Source: the human T2T-CHM13v2.0 reference genome, Homo sapiens. From it: a stretch of DNA of 64,000 bases. The notes under the pieces are model-generated. The model did not search any database. It saw nothing but the letters and a program-made list of their open reading frames with translations, and was not told where the DNA came from. Of this stretch, positions 13,557 to 25,444 are shown in pieces (the first letter of the stretch is position 1; the number at the start of each line of letters is the position of its first letter). Location of the stretch: the NCBI RefSeq assembly GCF_009914755.1, contig NC_060931.1. One strand, 5' to 3'. The position numbers were made by a program, and so were the translations under genes.

Positions 13557-15038
13557 TGTGATGGTTAATTCTTTTTTTTTTAACCATCGACATAATCACT
13601 TTATTAGATTATATAGCAGTTAAGGGCTTTTTCATAGTTACTAAAGAGCACTGTCAATTACATATAAAATATTTTAAGGGTTATGATATCACATAAAGAT
13701 TTTATCAATTTTTTTGTTTTTATTTTTATTACTTTATTTTATTTTTATTTTTATTATACCTTAAGTTCTAGGGTACATGTGCACAACGTGCAGGTTTGTT
13801 ACATATGTATGCATGTGCCGTGTTGGTTTGCTGCACCCATTAACTTGTCATTTACATTAGGTATTTCTCCTAATGCTATCCCTCACCCATCCCTCATCCC
13901 CCAAACCCACAAAAGGTCCCGGTGTGTGATGGTCCCTGCCCTGTGTCCAAGTGTTGTCATTGTTCAGTTTCCACCTATGAGTGAGAACATGCGGTGTTTG
14001 GTTTTCTGTCCTTGCAATAGTTTTCTCAGAATGATGGTTTCCAGCTTCATCCATGTCCCTACAAAGGACATGAAATCATCCTTTTTTATGGCTGCATAGT
14101 ATTCCATGGTGTATATGTGCCACATTTTCTTAATCCAGTCTATCATTGATGGACATTTGGGTTGGTTCCAAGCCTTTGCTATTGTGAATAGTGCTGCAAT
14201 AAACATACTTGTGCATGTCTTTATAGCAGCATGATTTATAATCCTTTGGGTATATACCCAGTAATGGGATGGCTGGGTCAAATGGTATTTCCAGTTCTAG
14301 ATCCTTGAGGAATCACCACACTGTCTTCCACAATGGTTGAACTAGTTTACACTCCCACCATCAGTGTAAAAGCGTTCCTATTTCTCCACATCCTCTCCAG
14401 CACCTCTTTCCTGACTTTTTAATGATCGCCATTCTAACTGGTGTGAGATGATATCTCACTGTGGTTTTGATTTGCATTTCTCTGATGACCAGTGATGATG
14501 AGCATTTTTTTATGTGTCTGTTGGCTGCATAAATGTCTTCTTTTGAAAAGTGTCTGTTCATATCCTTTGCCCACTTGTTGATGGGGTTGTTTGATTTTTT
14601 CTTGTAAATTTGTTTAAGTTCTTTGTAGACCACTTTTGACGGGTGATGGTTAATTCTATGTGTCAACTTGGAGAATGTTTGGGGATGAAATTAACATTTA
14701 AATTGGTAAACTCTGAGTTGGCAGATTGCCTTCCATAATGGGGGTTTGTCTTATCCAACCAGCTGATGTCCTGAATAAAACAAAAAGAATGACCTTCTGG
14801 AGCAAGAGGCAGTTCTCCAGCAGACTACTTTCGGAGTTCATGCATACCATCAGCTCCCCTGTCTCTCCACCTGCTGGCCTTGGGGTGGAAACGACACCAT
14901 TAGCTCTTGGGTTTCAAGCATGCTAGTCCACACTGCAGATTTTGGACTTTCCAGCCTCCATAATCATGTGAGCCAATTCCTTATAATAAATCTCTTAATA
15001 TGGAAATTAGTTCTGTTTCTCTGGAGAACCCTAATACA
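13557..15038 (+). mobile_element. MLT2 (ERVL) solo LTR, interrupted by an L1PA
   Basis: Starts TGTGATGGTTAATT, ends CTGTTTCTCTGGAGAACCCTAATACA; perfect 5-bp TSD CCTAC at 13552-13556 and 15039-15043. Confidence 0.85.
13573..14642 (-). mobile_element. 5'-truncated L1PA5/6-like insertion carrying a ~127-bp 3' transduction
   Basis: L1 3' end at ~13745-14629; first A-tail ~13709-13745; unique segment 13582-13708; second A-tail 13572-13581; 15-bp TSD GTGATGGTTAATTCT at 13558-13572 and 14643-14657. Confidence 0.9.
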
Positions 15039-15689
15039 CCTACAATGGAATGTAACTCAACATTAAAAAGGAATGAAGCACTGATACATGATAAAATATG
15101 AATGAACCTCAAAGACTTTATGCTAACTGAAATAAGCCAGAAACAAAGGACAAATATTTTAAGATTCTATTTATGTGAGGTACTAGGAATAGTCAGATTT
15201 ATAGAGACATAAAGTAGAATAGTGTTTTTAGTCTACAAAGGCTGGGGAGAGAGGGAAATTGCAAGTTATTACTTAATGTGTACAGAGTTTCAGTTTGGGA
15301 TGATGAAAAAGTTCTGGTGATGAATGGTGGAATTGATTGCACAATAATGTGAATGTACTTAATGCTCTTGTACTGTACACTTCAAAAAATGTTTAAACTG
15401 GTATAGTCAATTTTATGTTATATATATTAAAAAGCAATCAATATTATATTTCATTGACTTGCAAATACATCTAAAGCCATTTGTATGGAATCACAGAATT
15501 TAGATTTGGAAGAGATCTTAGCAGCTCTATCACTGAATCGCTTGTTTTATACCTAAATACCTGTTCTTCTTTCCCAAATAAACTTAGTCTCTGCTAGAAT
15601 AACACTAAGATGGAAGGTCCTCCCTTCCTGTGGGAACTTGTTCCTTCATTCAAAGGACTCTTTCAAATGGTCAGATGGTGCTTCCTCAA

Positions 15690-16400
15690 ATCTAAGCCAA
15701 ATCTACCTCCCCATATCTTCCCCTATGTTATATATATTTGCAGCCCCCAAGGCCAATCCCTGAGCAAGATCAATATAGCATCCAAGTGTACACCTTCTGG
15801 AATGAAAATAGCTATCGGATTCACAATGTCTTGTTTTCCTCAGTCTATAAATCCCTCATTATTTTTCAATTGTTTGTCATATGCCCAAGTTCTTACACAG
15901 GTCTTGCACTGCAGGCTCCTCATTTCCTCTCTGACCTCCTGCCTTCCTACCCTTCCATTCACCCACTCTGACCGAACCACACTGGCCCCCTTGTTCATCA
16001 TGGAATACACTGGGCATGCTCCTGATTTTACCTTGGCCATGCCCTCTGACTAGAATACTCTTACCCCAGATATTTACACTGTTCCCACCCTTACCTTCTT
16101 GACTCTTTGCTCAAATGTCCCTTTTCAATGAATCCCATTTTGGCCTCCCTGTGGTAAATGATAATCTTCCCCTACTCACTCTGAATGCCCTGGCCTTCCT
16201 ACTCTATCTGTTTCCATAGCTCTTATTGCTTACTAGCATCTATAGAATTATAGGGCAACTATATAATTAACTTATTTGAGTTAACCTATCACTGTATCCC
16301 ATCATCAAATATAAGCTCACAAGGGCAGGGAATTTTGTCTATTTATCCACGGATGTGTCAAAGGTGCCTACATAGTGCCTGGCCATGATATACTTATTAT
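15690..16400 (+). mobile_element. L2 LINE fragments
   Basis: Typical L2 3' motifs: CCCTCTGACTAGAATACTCTTACCCCAGAT...TAAGCTCACAAGGGCAGGGAATTTTGTC. Confidence 0.6.
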
Positions 16401-17509
16401 CCATCATATTTTTACATATTTAATAAATATATGTGGGAAGAAAGAACAGCTATTTTTAGACTAGTTAAGAGTGCAGGCTTGGGGCATCCAGATGCCTACA
16501 TTTAAATCCTGCCTCCATTACTTATGAGCTAGTGACATCGAGCAAATTATTTGAACTTTGATTTTCAATTTGCACTTCTCTAAAGTTTACATATTTTTAA
16601 AAGTATTATTATTTTTCTTTTCACAATGCTGGATATTTTTCTTTGGAATTCTTCCTGGTAGACAAGCTGCAGAGTATTGATCCACATATGCCAGTAATAT
16701 GCCGCCCACCCCACACCCCACACAGTGATTTTACAGAATGCTTGTTCTGTGAGATACTACTAGATGTGGCACCCAGAGAAAGTCATGTGGTCAAACACAA
16801 ATGCTGGAAGGAACCAAGTCAAATGACTTTTTGTTTTTTAACCCTGTAGGACTTCTCAAAACTTTTAATATGTTAATGTGCAATATAATCATCCTCAAGG
16901 TGGAGAATATAACACACAGTGTTTTCTAAAAATAATCTTAGAAATCTATTTTTCTGCTCATGGAGCATATCAGAGGAGTAGTGCCCTGAGAAATGTACTT
17001 TGGAAACTTCCTTCACCACCACCAAGGATAATCATGGGCAGGAGAGACATGGAAAGCTCTGGCTGAGCACCATCAGCTTTTCTGCTCATCCAGTCTTTGC
17101 TCGTTTCCCAATTCTAATGTGATATGTGTCAAAATCTTTGTTCTTGTTCCATTTAAATTTAGCTGTAAAAATTCTCAAGATCTCAGTTGCTATGGCTAGT
17201 GTCCTATACTTTACTTTCAGAGTTTCTTTATACTAACTTTCTTTCTGTTCTGTGTGCTCTGATTGCCCAGGATTTCACACATTTATAATACTGCAATGTT
17301 CAGTCTTGCTGGCATGAATCTTATTTCAAACATCAGTCAGCTGCTGCATTTACCTTTGGTGACTCATGACATTCTCTTTCTCATCCCCTTCCCTGCCTCC
17401 CTGCATTCATTCTAACACTGGCACCCTAATCACAAAGCACCCCATCACCTCTGGACCACTCAGTGGGCACCTGAAGTGTAAACCTCTGAGGTCTTTTCAG
17501 TCACCTCTA

Positions 17510-17874
<365 letters not shown>

Positions 17875-18318
17875 GTCAGACCTGCAACTGAGTAGGAGCC
17901 AAAGAGAATAGGCTGTGGCTACACAATGCTCCCAAAGGCTCTAATCAAGGAAGCCTAAGAGGGCAGGAAGAAGCTGATGTCCACCAACTGCACTCTGCAG
18001 ATATGCAGCTGGGATACACGGCAGGTACAGGAAACTGAAGTGTCTGAACATGGCCAGGCTGGTACTAGCAAAGGAAATTGTTCTAGTGTTCATAAGCTTT
18101 AGTATTTAAAATGAGTTAAATGTCAATGACTTTTAATTTTATATAACTTCTGACCATTGTCTACAATAAGATACTTGTATTAATATGAATCAAACGCTGA
18201 AAGACTCATTTTGCTGCAATATTGCATTCATTAATATAGATTTTAACTATCTCTTCTCTGAAATCATTGTCATTGTGTTTTCTGCTCATTGAACATCCCC
18301 ATCCTTATATCATATCCC

Positions 18319-18521
18319 CAGGGTTGCCAGAGTTAGCAAATAAAAATACAGGATACCCAGTTAAATTTAAATTTCTGATAACCAATGAATAGACTTTAGT
18401 TGCAAGGGACATATTTAATTATATAAATTACCTTGAATTTAAGATAAGTAAAACATAATTTTTAGTATAAAAGTATGTCCCACGCAACTAAAGTATATTC
18501 TTGATTTTATCTGGCAACTTT
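18319..18521 (+). mobile_element. MER53 (hAT MITE), internally rearranged
   Basis: TIRs AGGGTTGCCAGA... and ...TCTGGCAACTT; TAGCAAATAAAAATACAGGA and AGTATGTCCCA motifs of MER53. Confidence 0.8.
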
Positions 18522-20176
18522 ACACACCTCCCAATTTTGACTACTGACTTTATCTGGGACCTTCAAATAGCAAACTGTGGCCACAAAAGTGGACTTTCTC
18601 AAACCCCAGTAAGCCTATCTCCTTTGGAACCCCCTATCTCCCACTAATCCAGACCATCAGCATCTATGTCTTAAGGTATGCCAGCCAGTACCCTTTTGAT
18701 AGTGTTTGCACTTGGAAACAAATACTATACTCTACTTGAGATGTGACCTGAGCCAAACATAATAGGACTAACACCTTCCTCATTGCAGACACTATTTCTG
18801 TTAAGGGGCCTAAAGGTAATGTCAGCCTATTGGTCAGCTTCATCACACAGGTAGCTAACATTGATGTTCACCTAATTAATATTCTTAAGTCTTTTTTCAT
18901 ACGTTCAGCTGAATGATATTTTATCCTAGTTTTCTTCTCAAAACTTACTTAATTCTGGCTTTAAATGTCTTAACTCTATTTCAAAAGCCCATAGCAACAA
19001 TTTTTACTTGTCCTTTTTTTTAAAGTAGTTATTTAATCACAGGTTTAATAGGTATATACAAGATCAAACCTGTTGGAATGAATATATGATAGAGGAGTTG
19101 GATCAAATTTGTATAATCATGATAATCCATTTGGGAAGTGTATTTGTACTTTTAATTTCTGAACTTCTAAGAGAATAGGTGAATAGCCCCATTGGCATTG
19201 CTAGTTATCCCCTTCATTATTTCGAATCAGGCTTTTTTGAGATTGTTTTGTCAGAATTTCATGTTATCTCTGAATTTTTTTCTCAGAATTTCAAAAATGT
19301 AATTCTTTAATGTATATGTCAATCTGTGCCCATGTTTTAGGTACTTTACACATTATCTCTTTGGATTCTCACATAACCATGGGAGGCAAGTTACACTTTT
19401 TCTAATTCACAGGTGAAGGAACAGAGGTTCAATGAAATCAAGTGACTTGTCCAGGTCAAGACATGCAGCAAAAGTCAAAGTGCTAGAAATGGAAGAGGCA
19501 AAGACAGACATTTGCAGACTAGATGATTGGATGAAATCCTAGCATCTGAAACAGCAGTGGGGGCACACCTCTGGAGAAAAAGGAAAGCCCTGGGGCCTTC
19601 CAAGGGACCACAAGGACAAAATGTTGATCTCACAGCAGCAGCTGCCTAACTGCCCAATGAACTCATCTTCAGGCAGACTTTGAATAGGTCTTTGCCTCTA
19701 GGAGATAAAATAGAAGATTATACAGGCCAAGTACGAATGAGACTAACCTGGGATGTGGTTGCCAAATATCTGGAATACGTAAAACACAAAAGAGTTTTTA
19801 TAAAACAGTAAATAAAACAAATTTTAAAAGGAAATATAAATTTCTTCCGATGTCTGAGAAAGTTTAATTTGTTTATATGCTGTCTCAAATGGTATTATAG
19901 AATTGTAGCATTGGAAAAGGATCTTAGAAATCACTATATTGGCATCATTGTTAATAGTTTATCTCTAAGTAGATAATAATTAATTTTAATTCATGACAGA
20001 GTCTACTCCCCATTATCAACAATTACCTTTCTATCTATACAGTGTCTCTCTCTCTCTCTCTCTATCCATCTTCCATTATCCACAATTACCTTTCTATCTA
20101 TCTATTTATTCAGTAATTTTCCTTCTTAAGGCTACTTGACAGGTCTGCGACGTTTGCTCTTTGCAAAAAGGCAACA

Positions 20177-20207
20177 TGCCATCTAGTGGTCATAAACTGA
20201 ATTGCAA
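20177..20207 (-). promoter_or_regulatory. CTCF binding site, core plus upstream (ZF9-11) motif
   Basis: Minus strand TTGCAATTCA-GTTTA-TGACCACTAGATGGCA: near-consensus core CCACTAGATGGCA with a TGCARTTC upstream motif at canonical spacing, in non-repeat DNA. Confidence 0.7.
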
Positions 20208-21826
20208 CCAGGAGTCCCTCAGAAAGCATGCACTTACTTAAGGTGAATGGAACTTGTAGGATTTGCATAATAGCTTACTGGGTCAACTAGGCACTAATCC
20301 AAATGTCTCAGACACACAGAATATCTGTCATTTAGTCAAAATCCTCTATGTGGCCTTTTCCTTTTTATTTTTTAGTTACGCCTTTTTTTAAATCAGTTTG
20401 GTTTTCCAAACCAGAGGGTAAGCCCTGGGCTGACAAAGTATCCAAATGCATCACGCTGTCCTAGAATAACTATCTACCCAAGTACTAATATTAAAATATT
20501 TAGTAACAGAATGACATTCCCTAAGATACTGTCCAGACAGCTTCCTGAGAATCTGTCATAGTCTCCAGAAGTTGGTGGCTTGATAAGTTCTGTTAGTAGT
20601 TCTCTTCCAGTGAATATAAATTTAGTTACTTAAGATGACTCAAGGGGCTAGTCATAAGGTGATTATCATCTGCCTTAAAGTTGACTTTATTTGAAATTAA
20701 CATAGCAACACTAGTTTCCTTTTCTTTAGTATTTTTCAGTGTATGTTTCATCATCACTTTACTTTCAGCCTTTCTGTGTTTTAATGCTTAGATGCTGTCA
20801 GGAAACAAAGCTAGAACAAAAATAAATTTAATCTTAAAATCTATATTTTATTAATTTGGTTACATTTTTGTGATTATTAGCATGTATTTGGACATCTATC
20901 ATCTTTTTTTTACGATTTTACATCCTTTCTTGCTTAACTTTCTGCTTGTTTTGTAATTTCCCTTTTATTCTTCTACTAGCTTAGAAATTATGTATTTTAT
21001 TTTCATTTTCTTTAGCAGTTGTCCTTTTATTTTTAACATCCATTCTTGACATAACAAAGTAGAACATTCAATAATATCTCTGTCCTTTCAAAAACATTAG
21101 AACAATTTATTTTTTAACATACTCCCCTCTTTAAGGGTAGCTGTCCAGTATTTTAGATACTACTTGCTTTGGAAGTCCTCAAAACCAGATACTTTTTGCA
21201 ATCAAAGCTTACTGAGTTTTATTAAAATGTTTAAAATTTCTTTAGGGAAAATCACTTTGTGCATCATCATTTTTTTTCATCAGAATCCTCTTTTGTAGAT
21301 ACTTAAATGTATCAGTTAATTTTTCTTTCAGTAAAATCCACAAACTGAAAAGCTCTCAGATATTGTCTGAAAAATATGCCTTTATTTTGCCTTTATTCTT
21401 CATCAATCATTTAGCTGGGTATAAAAGTCCATTTGTTCAATCATTTCTCCTGAGTCCTTTGAAAGTATTCTTCCACTACCTGTGGTAGCTCTTGATGGTA
21501 AAAAACAGTTTTTATTCTGCTTACCTTTCCTTAGTAGATGATGTGTCTTTTCTTTTGAAACCTTTAAATGTTTTCTTTTTATTTTTATGTTCTGCAGTTT
21601 CATAATAACCCACTCATTGTGGAATTAATTGCATTTTCTTGCTCTGAATTTGTGTGCCACTTAAATCAAAAATTTTATTTTTTTCCCTTACATTTGGACA
21701 GACTTTCAGGCAATATTTCTGTAAATATTGCTTCACTGCTAGTCTCTACCTCTCCTTCTGGAACACCTTCCAAATAAACATGAGACTTTCTCACTCTATC
21801 TTTGGCATCTCTTAATATGCACTCAT

Positions 21827-22734
21827 TGTGATGGTTAATTTTATGTGACAACTTGGCTATGCTAAAGTGCCCAGTTGTATTGGTCAACAACCAGTTTAGA
21901 TTTTGAAGTATTTTTTAAAGATATGATTAGTATTTAAATCAGTAGACTTTGAATAAAGCAGATTATCTTTCACAATATCATGGGCCTCACTTAATCAGTT
22001 AAAGGCCTTAAGAGAAGAGATTAAGATCTTCAGAGAGGGAAGAAATTCTGCCTCTAGACTACCTTCCATCTTAAGACTGCAACATGACTCTTCCCTGGGT
22101 CTCTAGCCTGCTGGCCTGCCCAGAAGATTTGAGACTGTCAGCTTCCACAATAGCATAAGCCAATTCCTTAAAATAAATCTGTTTCCTTCCCTCTTCTCTC
22201 TGTATCTTTCTGTCTCTCCCTCACATGTTTGGACTTATTTCTATCACTTTGTTTTGTTTACTATTTTCCCTCCTTTCTTTGCTTAATTATCTGCATATCT
22301 ATCTATCTATCTGCATATACACACACAGAGGCATATTTATAGATATATCTATATCTATATAGCTAGATATAGAGAGAGGCATAAATCTATCTGTATCTAT
22401 ATATACTATATATCTATATATACTATATATCTATATATCTATATATATACTATATATCTATATATCTATATATACTATATATCTATATATCTATATATAT
22501 ACTATATATCTATATATCTATATATATACTATATATCTATATATCTATACTATATATCTATATATATACTATATATCTATATATCTATACTATATATCTA
22601 TATATATACTATATATCTATATATCTATACTATATATCTATATATATATATATACTATATCTATCTATCGAGAGAGAGAGAGAGAGAGAGAGATCATATT
22701 GCTTCTGTTTCTCTGGAGGATCCTGGCTAATAAA
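21827..22734 (+). mobile_element. MLT2D-like ERVL solo LTR with an expanded internal microsatellite
   Basis: TGTGATGGTTAATTTTATGTG start, CTGTTTCTCTGGAGGATCCTGGCTAATA end; near-TSD (C/A)TCAT. Confidence 0.8.
22296..22693. repeat. Compound (TA)n/(TATC)/(TAC) higher-order microsatellite followed by (GA)n
   Basis: Recurrent units such as TACTATATATCTATATATCTA from 22400 to 22665; (GA)n at 22670-22693. Confidence 0.95.
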
Positions 22735-24237
22735 ATCATATTTTCAATTCCATCTCTCTATGCTGCCTTTGACATATACTGAGTGATTTCTTCATCTTCA
22801 ACATCTTGCTTACTAATACCATTTCAGCAGTTCCTAATCTGTTTAACTCTTCCATTAAATTATTTTTTTCTTTAATTAACATTTACATTTTGTTTGGTCT
22901 TTTTTTCTAGTTTCCCTGTGTGTGACCATAGCATTCTATCATACATTAACATTTTTATTCCTGCTTATCTGTCTTTAAAAATTATTTTGAAAAGCTTATT
23001 TTATAATATTTTAGATTGTCTATCATATCCATATTTGGCTAAATGTCTACCATGGTAGTTTGATTCTTCATGGGAGTCAGGTTATTTTTCTGTGGAAGAT
23101 TTGTTATTCTTAAGTTGTAAAAATGTCTGTTCCAGACTGGCTTCTCCTGAAGCCTTGGAAGTTTCTATGATTCTCGTCCTTGAGCCTTCCTTGAGAACTG
23201 GCTCGCTGTACTGTCTTCATCTCTCACCATGCCTCATCTGGATCAGCCACTATCCAGATCATCTTCATTCGAGCGAGATTTTATAGAGCATTTCTTATTT
23301 GATATCACTTATCTGGGTTTGTAATTATATATTTATTAGTATGGTTATTAGACAAAAATCTATCACTTCCTCATCCTCAATAGACCCTTAATTCCACAAG
23401 TAGAGAAAATATTTATATTTTTATTTACCCACTTGACATAGTGCCAGACATATAGTAGTCATTAAATTAAATATCAATTCATTGAATGAATGAGCAGTAA
23501 GCATATTCTTTTCTGCTAATTACCAGAGTTCTTCCTGAATACATTTCATTCAGATACTGAATGGATCAAACTTTTTGAAACTATTATTTTTTGTCCTATC
23601 CCTGCTATTGTTGGTGCTTCTATGGCTGAAACATTCAAATGCCTGAAAGAGCCATATACTCATATATTACTAATTAAGGAATTTCTGAGTTTTTGAACTT
23701 TTGAATTTAGAGTCATGTAAAATCACCAAAAGCTATCTTCTATATGTCCACAAAACATACAAGTATCTCCAATAGAACTGCAAATTCTCCCGCACATGAG
23801 GAAGTGTTTGATCAGGGCAAATATCAAGAAGTGATCACAAACAAGAATGAGATTCCTAACTCACGGTTTCAGAAAGATCAATCATTATCTAAGGTTGGAA
23901 GCCTGCAGCATAGTACCGTCTTAATGCTCAGGTGGGATGTTTGATTCCAAAAAGCTTTTGAGTTTTAGAAAGGAAGTGTGATAAGGGTTTAGCTTAAAGC
24001 AGATTGTTACCATTTTTTATTATATAACATTACAGTAATGTTAATTTTAGAGTATAAATGAAACTCCAGTTACCTTTCTCTAGCATTTTGCAGTGTCCCT
24101 ATGTACTGTAATAGTCATTAAGGGCAGTAAATTTAGCTACTGCATTCTGAAATCAAAGAAATATCCTTATTGTTGGATTACTAGTTGTTGGCATCTCATA
24201 TCAGCTCCAGTTTTATGTTAATAGGTGTGTGTGTGTA

Positions 24238-25389
24238 TAGTCATGTGTTGCTGAAAAACAGTGATACTCTCTGAGAAATGCATTGGTGATTTTGCCATTG
24301 TGCAAACAGCATAAGGTGAACTTACACAAACCTAGGTGGCACAGCCTGCTACACACCTAGACTATATGGTATGGCCTGTTGCTCCTAGGCTACACATCTG
24401 TACAGCATGTTACTGTACTGAAACTGTAGGCAATTGTAACACAATGGTAAGTATTCGTGAATCTAAACATATTTAAACAGAAAAGATGCAGTAAAAAATA
24501 CGGTATAAAAGATACCAAATGGTACACGTGTATAGGGCACTTACAATGATTGGAGCTTACAGGACTGGAAGCTGCTCTAGGTGAGTGGTGAGCGAATGTA
24601 AAGGCCTAGGACATTACTGCACACTACTGTAGAATTTGCAAACACTGTACCCTCACGTTACACTCAATTTATTAAAAAAATTATTTCTTCAGTAATAAAT
24701 TACCCTTAGCTTACTGTAATATTTTACTTCATAAACTTTTAATTTAAATAGCTTGACTTGTAATAACACTTAACTTAAAACACAAACACCTTGTAGAGCT
24801 ATACAAAACTATTTTATCTTCTTATTCTATAAGCTTTTTTCCAGTTTTAAAGTTTGTAATTTTTAAAAAATTCTTAATCTTTTTTGTTAAAACCTAAGGC
24901 ACAAACACACACATGCTAGGCCTACGTAGGGTCAGGGTATCACTGTTTTCCACCTCCACATCTTGTCCAACTGGAAGGTCTTCAGGGTCAATAACATACA
25001 GGGAGCTCTCACTTCCTGTATGCTTCTTCTGGAATACCTCCTGAAGGATCTGCCTCAGGCTGTTCTACACTTAACTTTTTGTACTCCAAGAAGGAGTACA
25101 CTCTAAAATAATGATTAAAAAGTGTAATACAGTAAATACATAAATCAGTAGCATAGTTGTTTATTATCATTATCAAGTATTATATACTATACACAATTGT
25201 ATGTGCTAGACTTTATCAACTGGCAGCACCAGCATCACCACACACCCGTGAGTAACACATTGTCCTATGATGTTTGGACATCTATAAAGTCACTGGGCAA
25301 TAGGATATTTGCAGCTCCATTGCAAACTTATGGAACCTCTGTGGACTATGCAGTTTGTCATTGGCTGAAACGTTGTTCTGCAGCACATG

Positions 25390-25393
<4 letters not shown>
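24238..25393 (+). mobile_element. Tigger3b (MER7B) DNA transposon
   Basis: TIRs (T/C)AGTCATGTG... and ...CAGCACATGACT; diagnostic CTTACACAAACCTAG...TACACACCTAG...GCTCCTAGGCTAC interior; strand relative to consensus uncertain. Confidence 0.85.
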
Positions 25394-25424
<31 letters not shown>

Positions 25425-25444
25425 CTGTGTGAATGTGTGTGTGT
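25394..25444. repeat. (TG)n microsatellite
   Basis: Direct inspection. Confidence 0.9.

Larger units (their letters stand above)
12620..15430 (+). mobile_element. L1MB-like LINE (ORF2 end and 3'UTR), interrupted at 13557-15038
   Basis: L1 ORF2 C-terminal homology at 12620-13556; 3'UTR resumes at 15039 (CCTACAATGGAATG...GATGATGAAAAAGTTCTGG). Confidence 0.8.
20680..23100 (-). mobile_element. Ancient L1M(E) fragment (ORF1/5' region), interrupted by MLT2
   Basis: Minus ORFs 21403-21603 and 21675-21890 contain degenerate L1 ORF1 motifs (GVPEGE...IFTEILPE; KLQNIKIK..LKVSKEK). Confidence 0.6.

Noticed and set aside
15610-16053. 147-aa plus-strand ORF
   Set aside because: Overlaps L2 remnants; not protein-like.
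22380-22693. Regularly spaced repeats as a CRISPR-like array
   Set aside because: Simple low-complexity tandem repeat without unique spacers in primate DNA; no cas genes.
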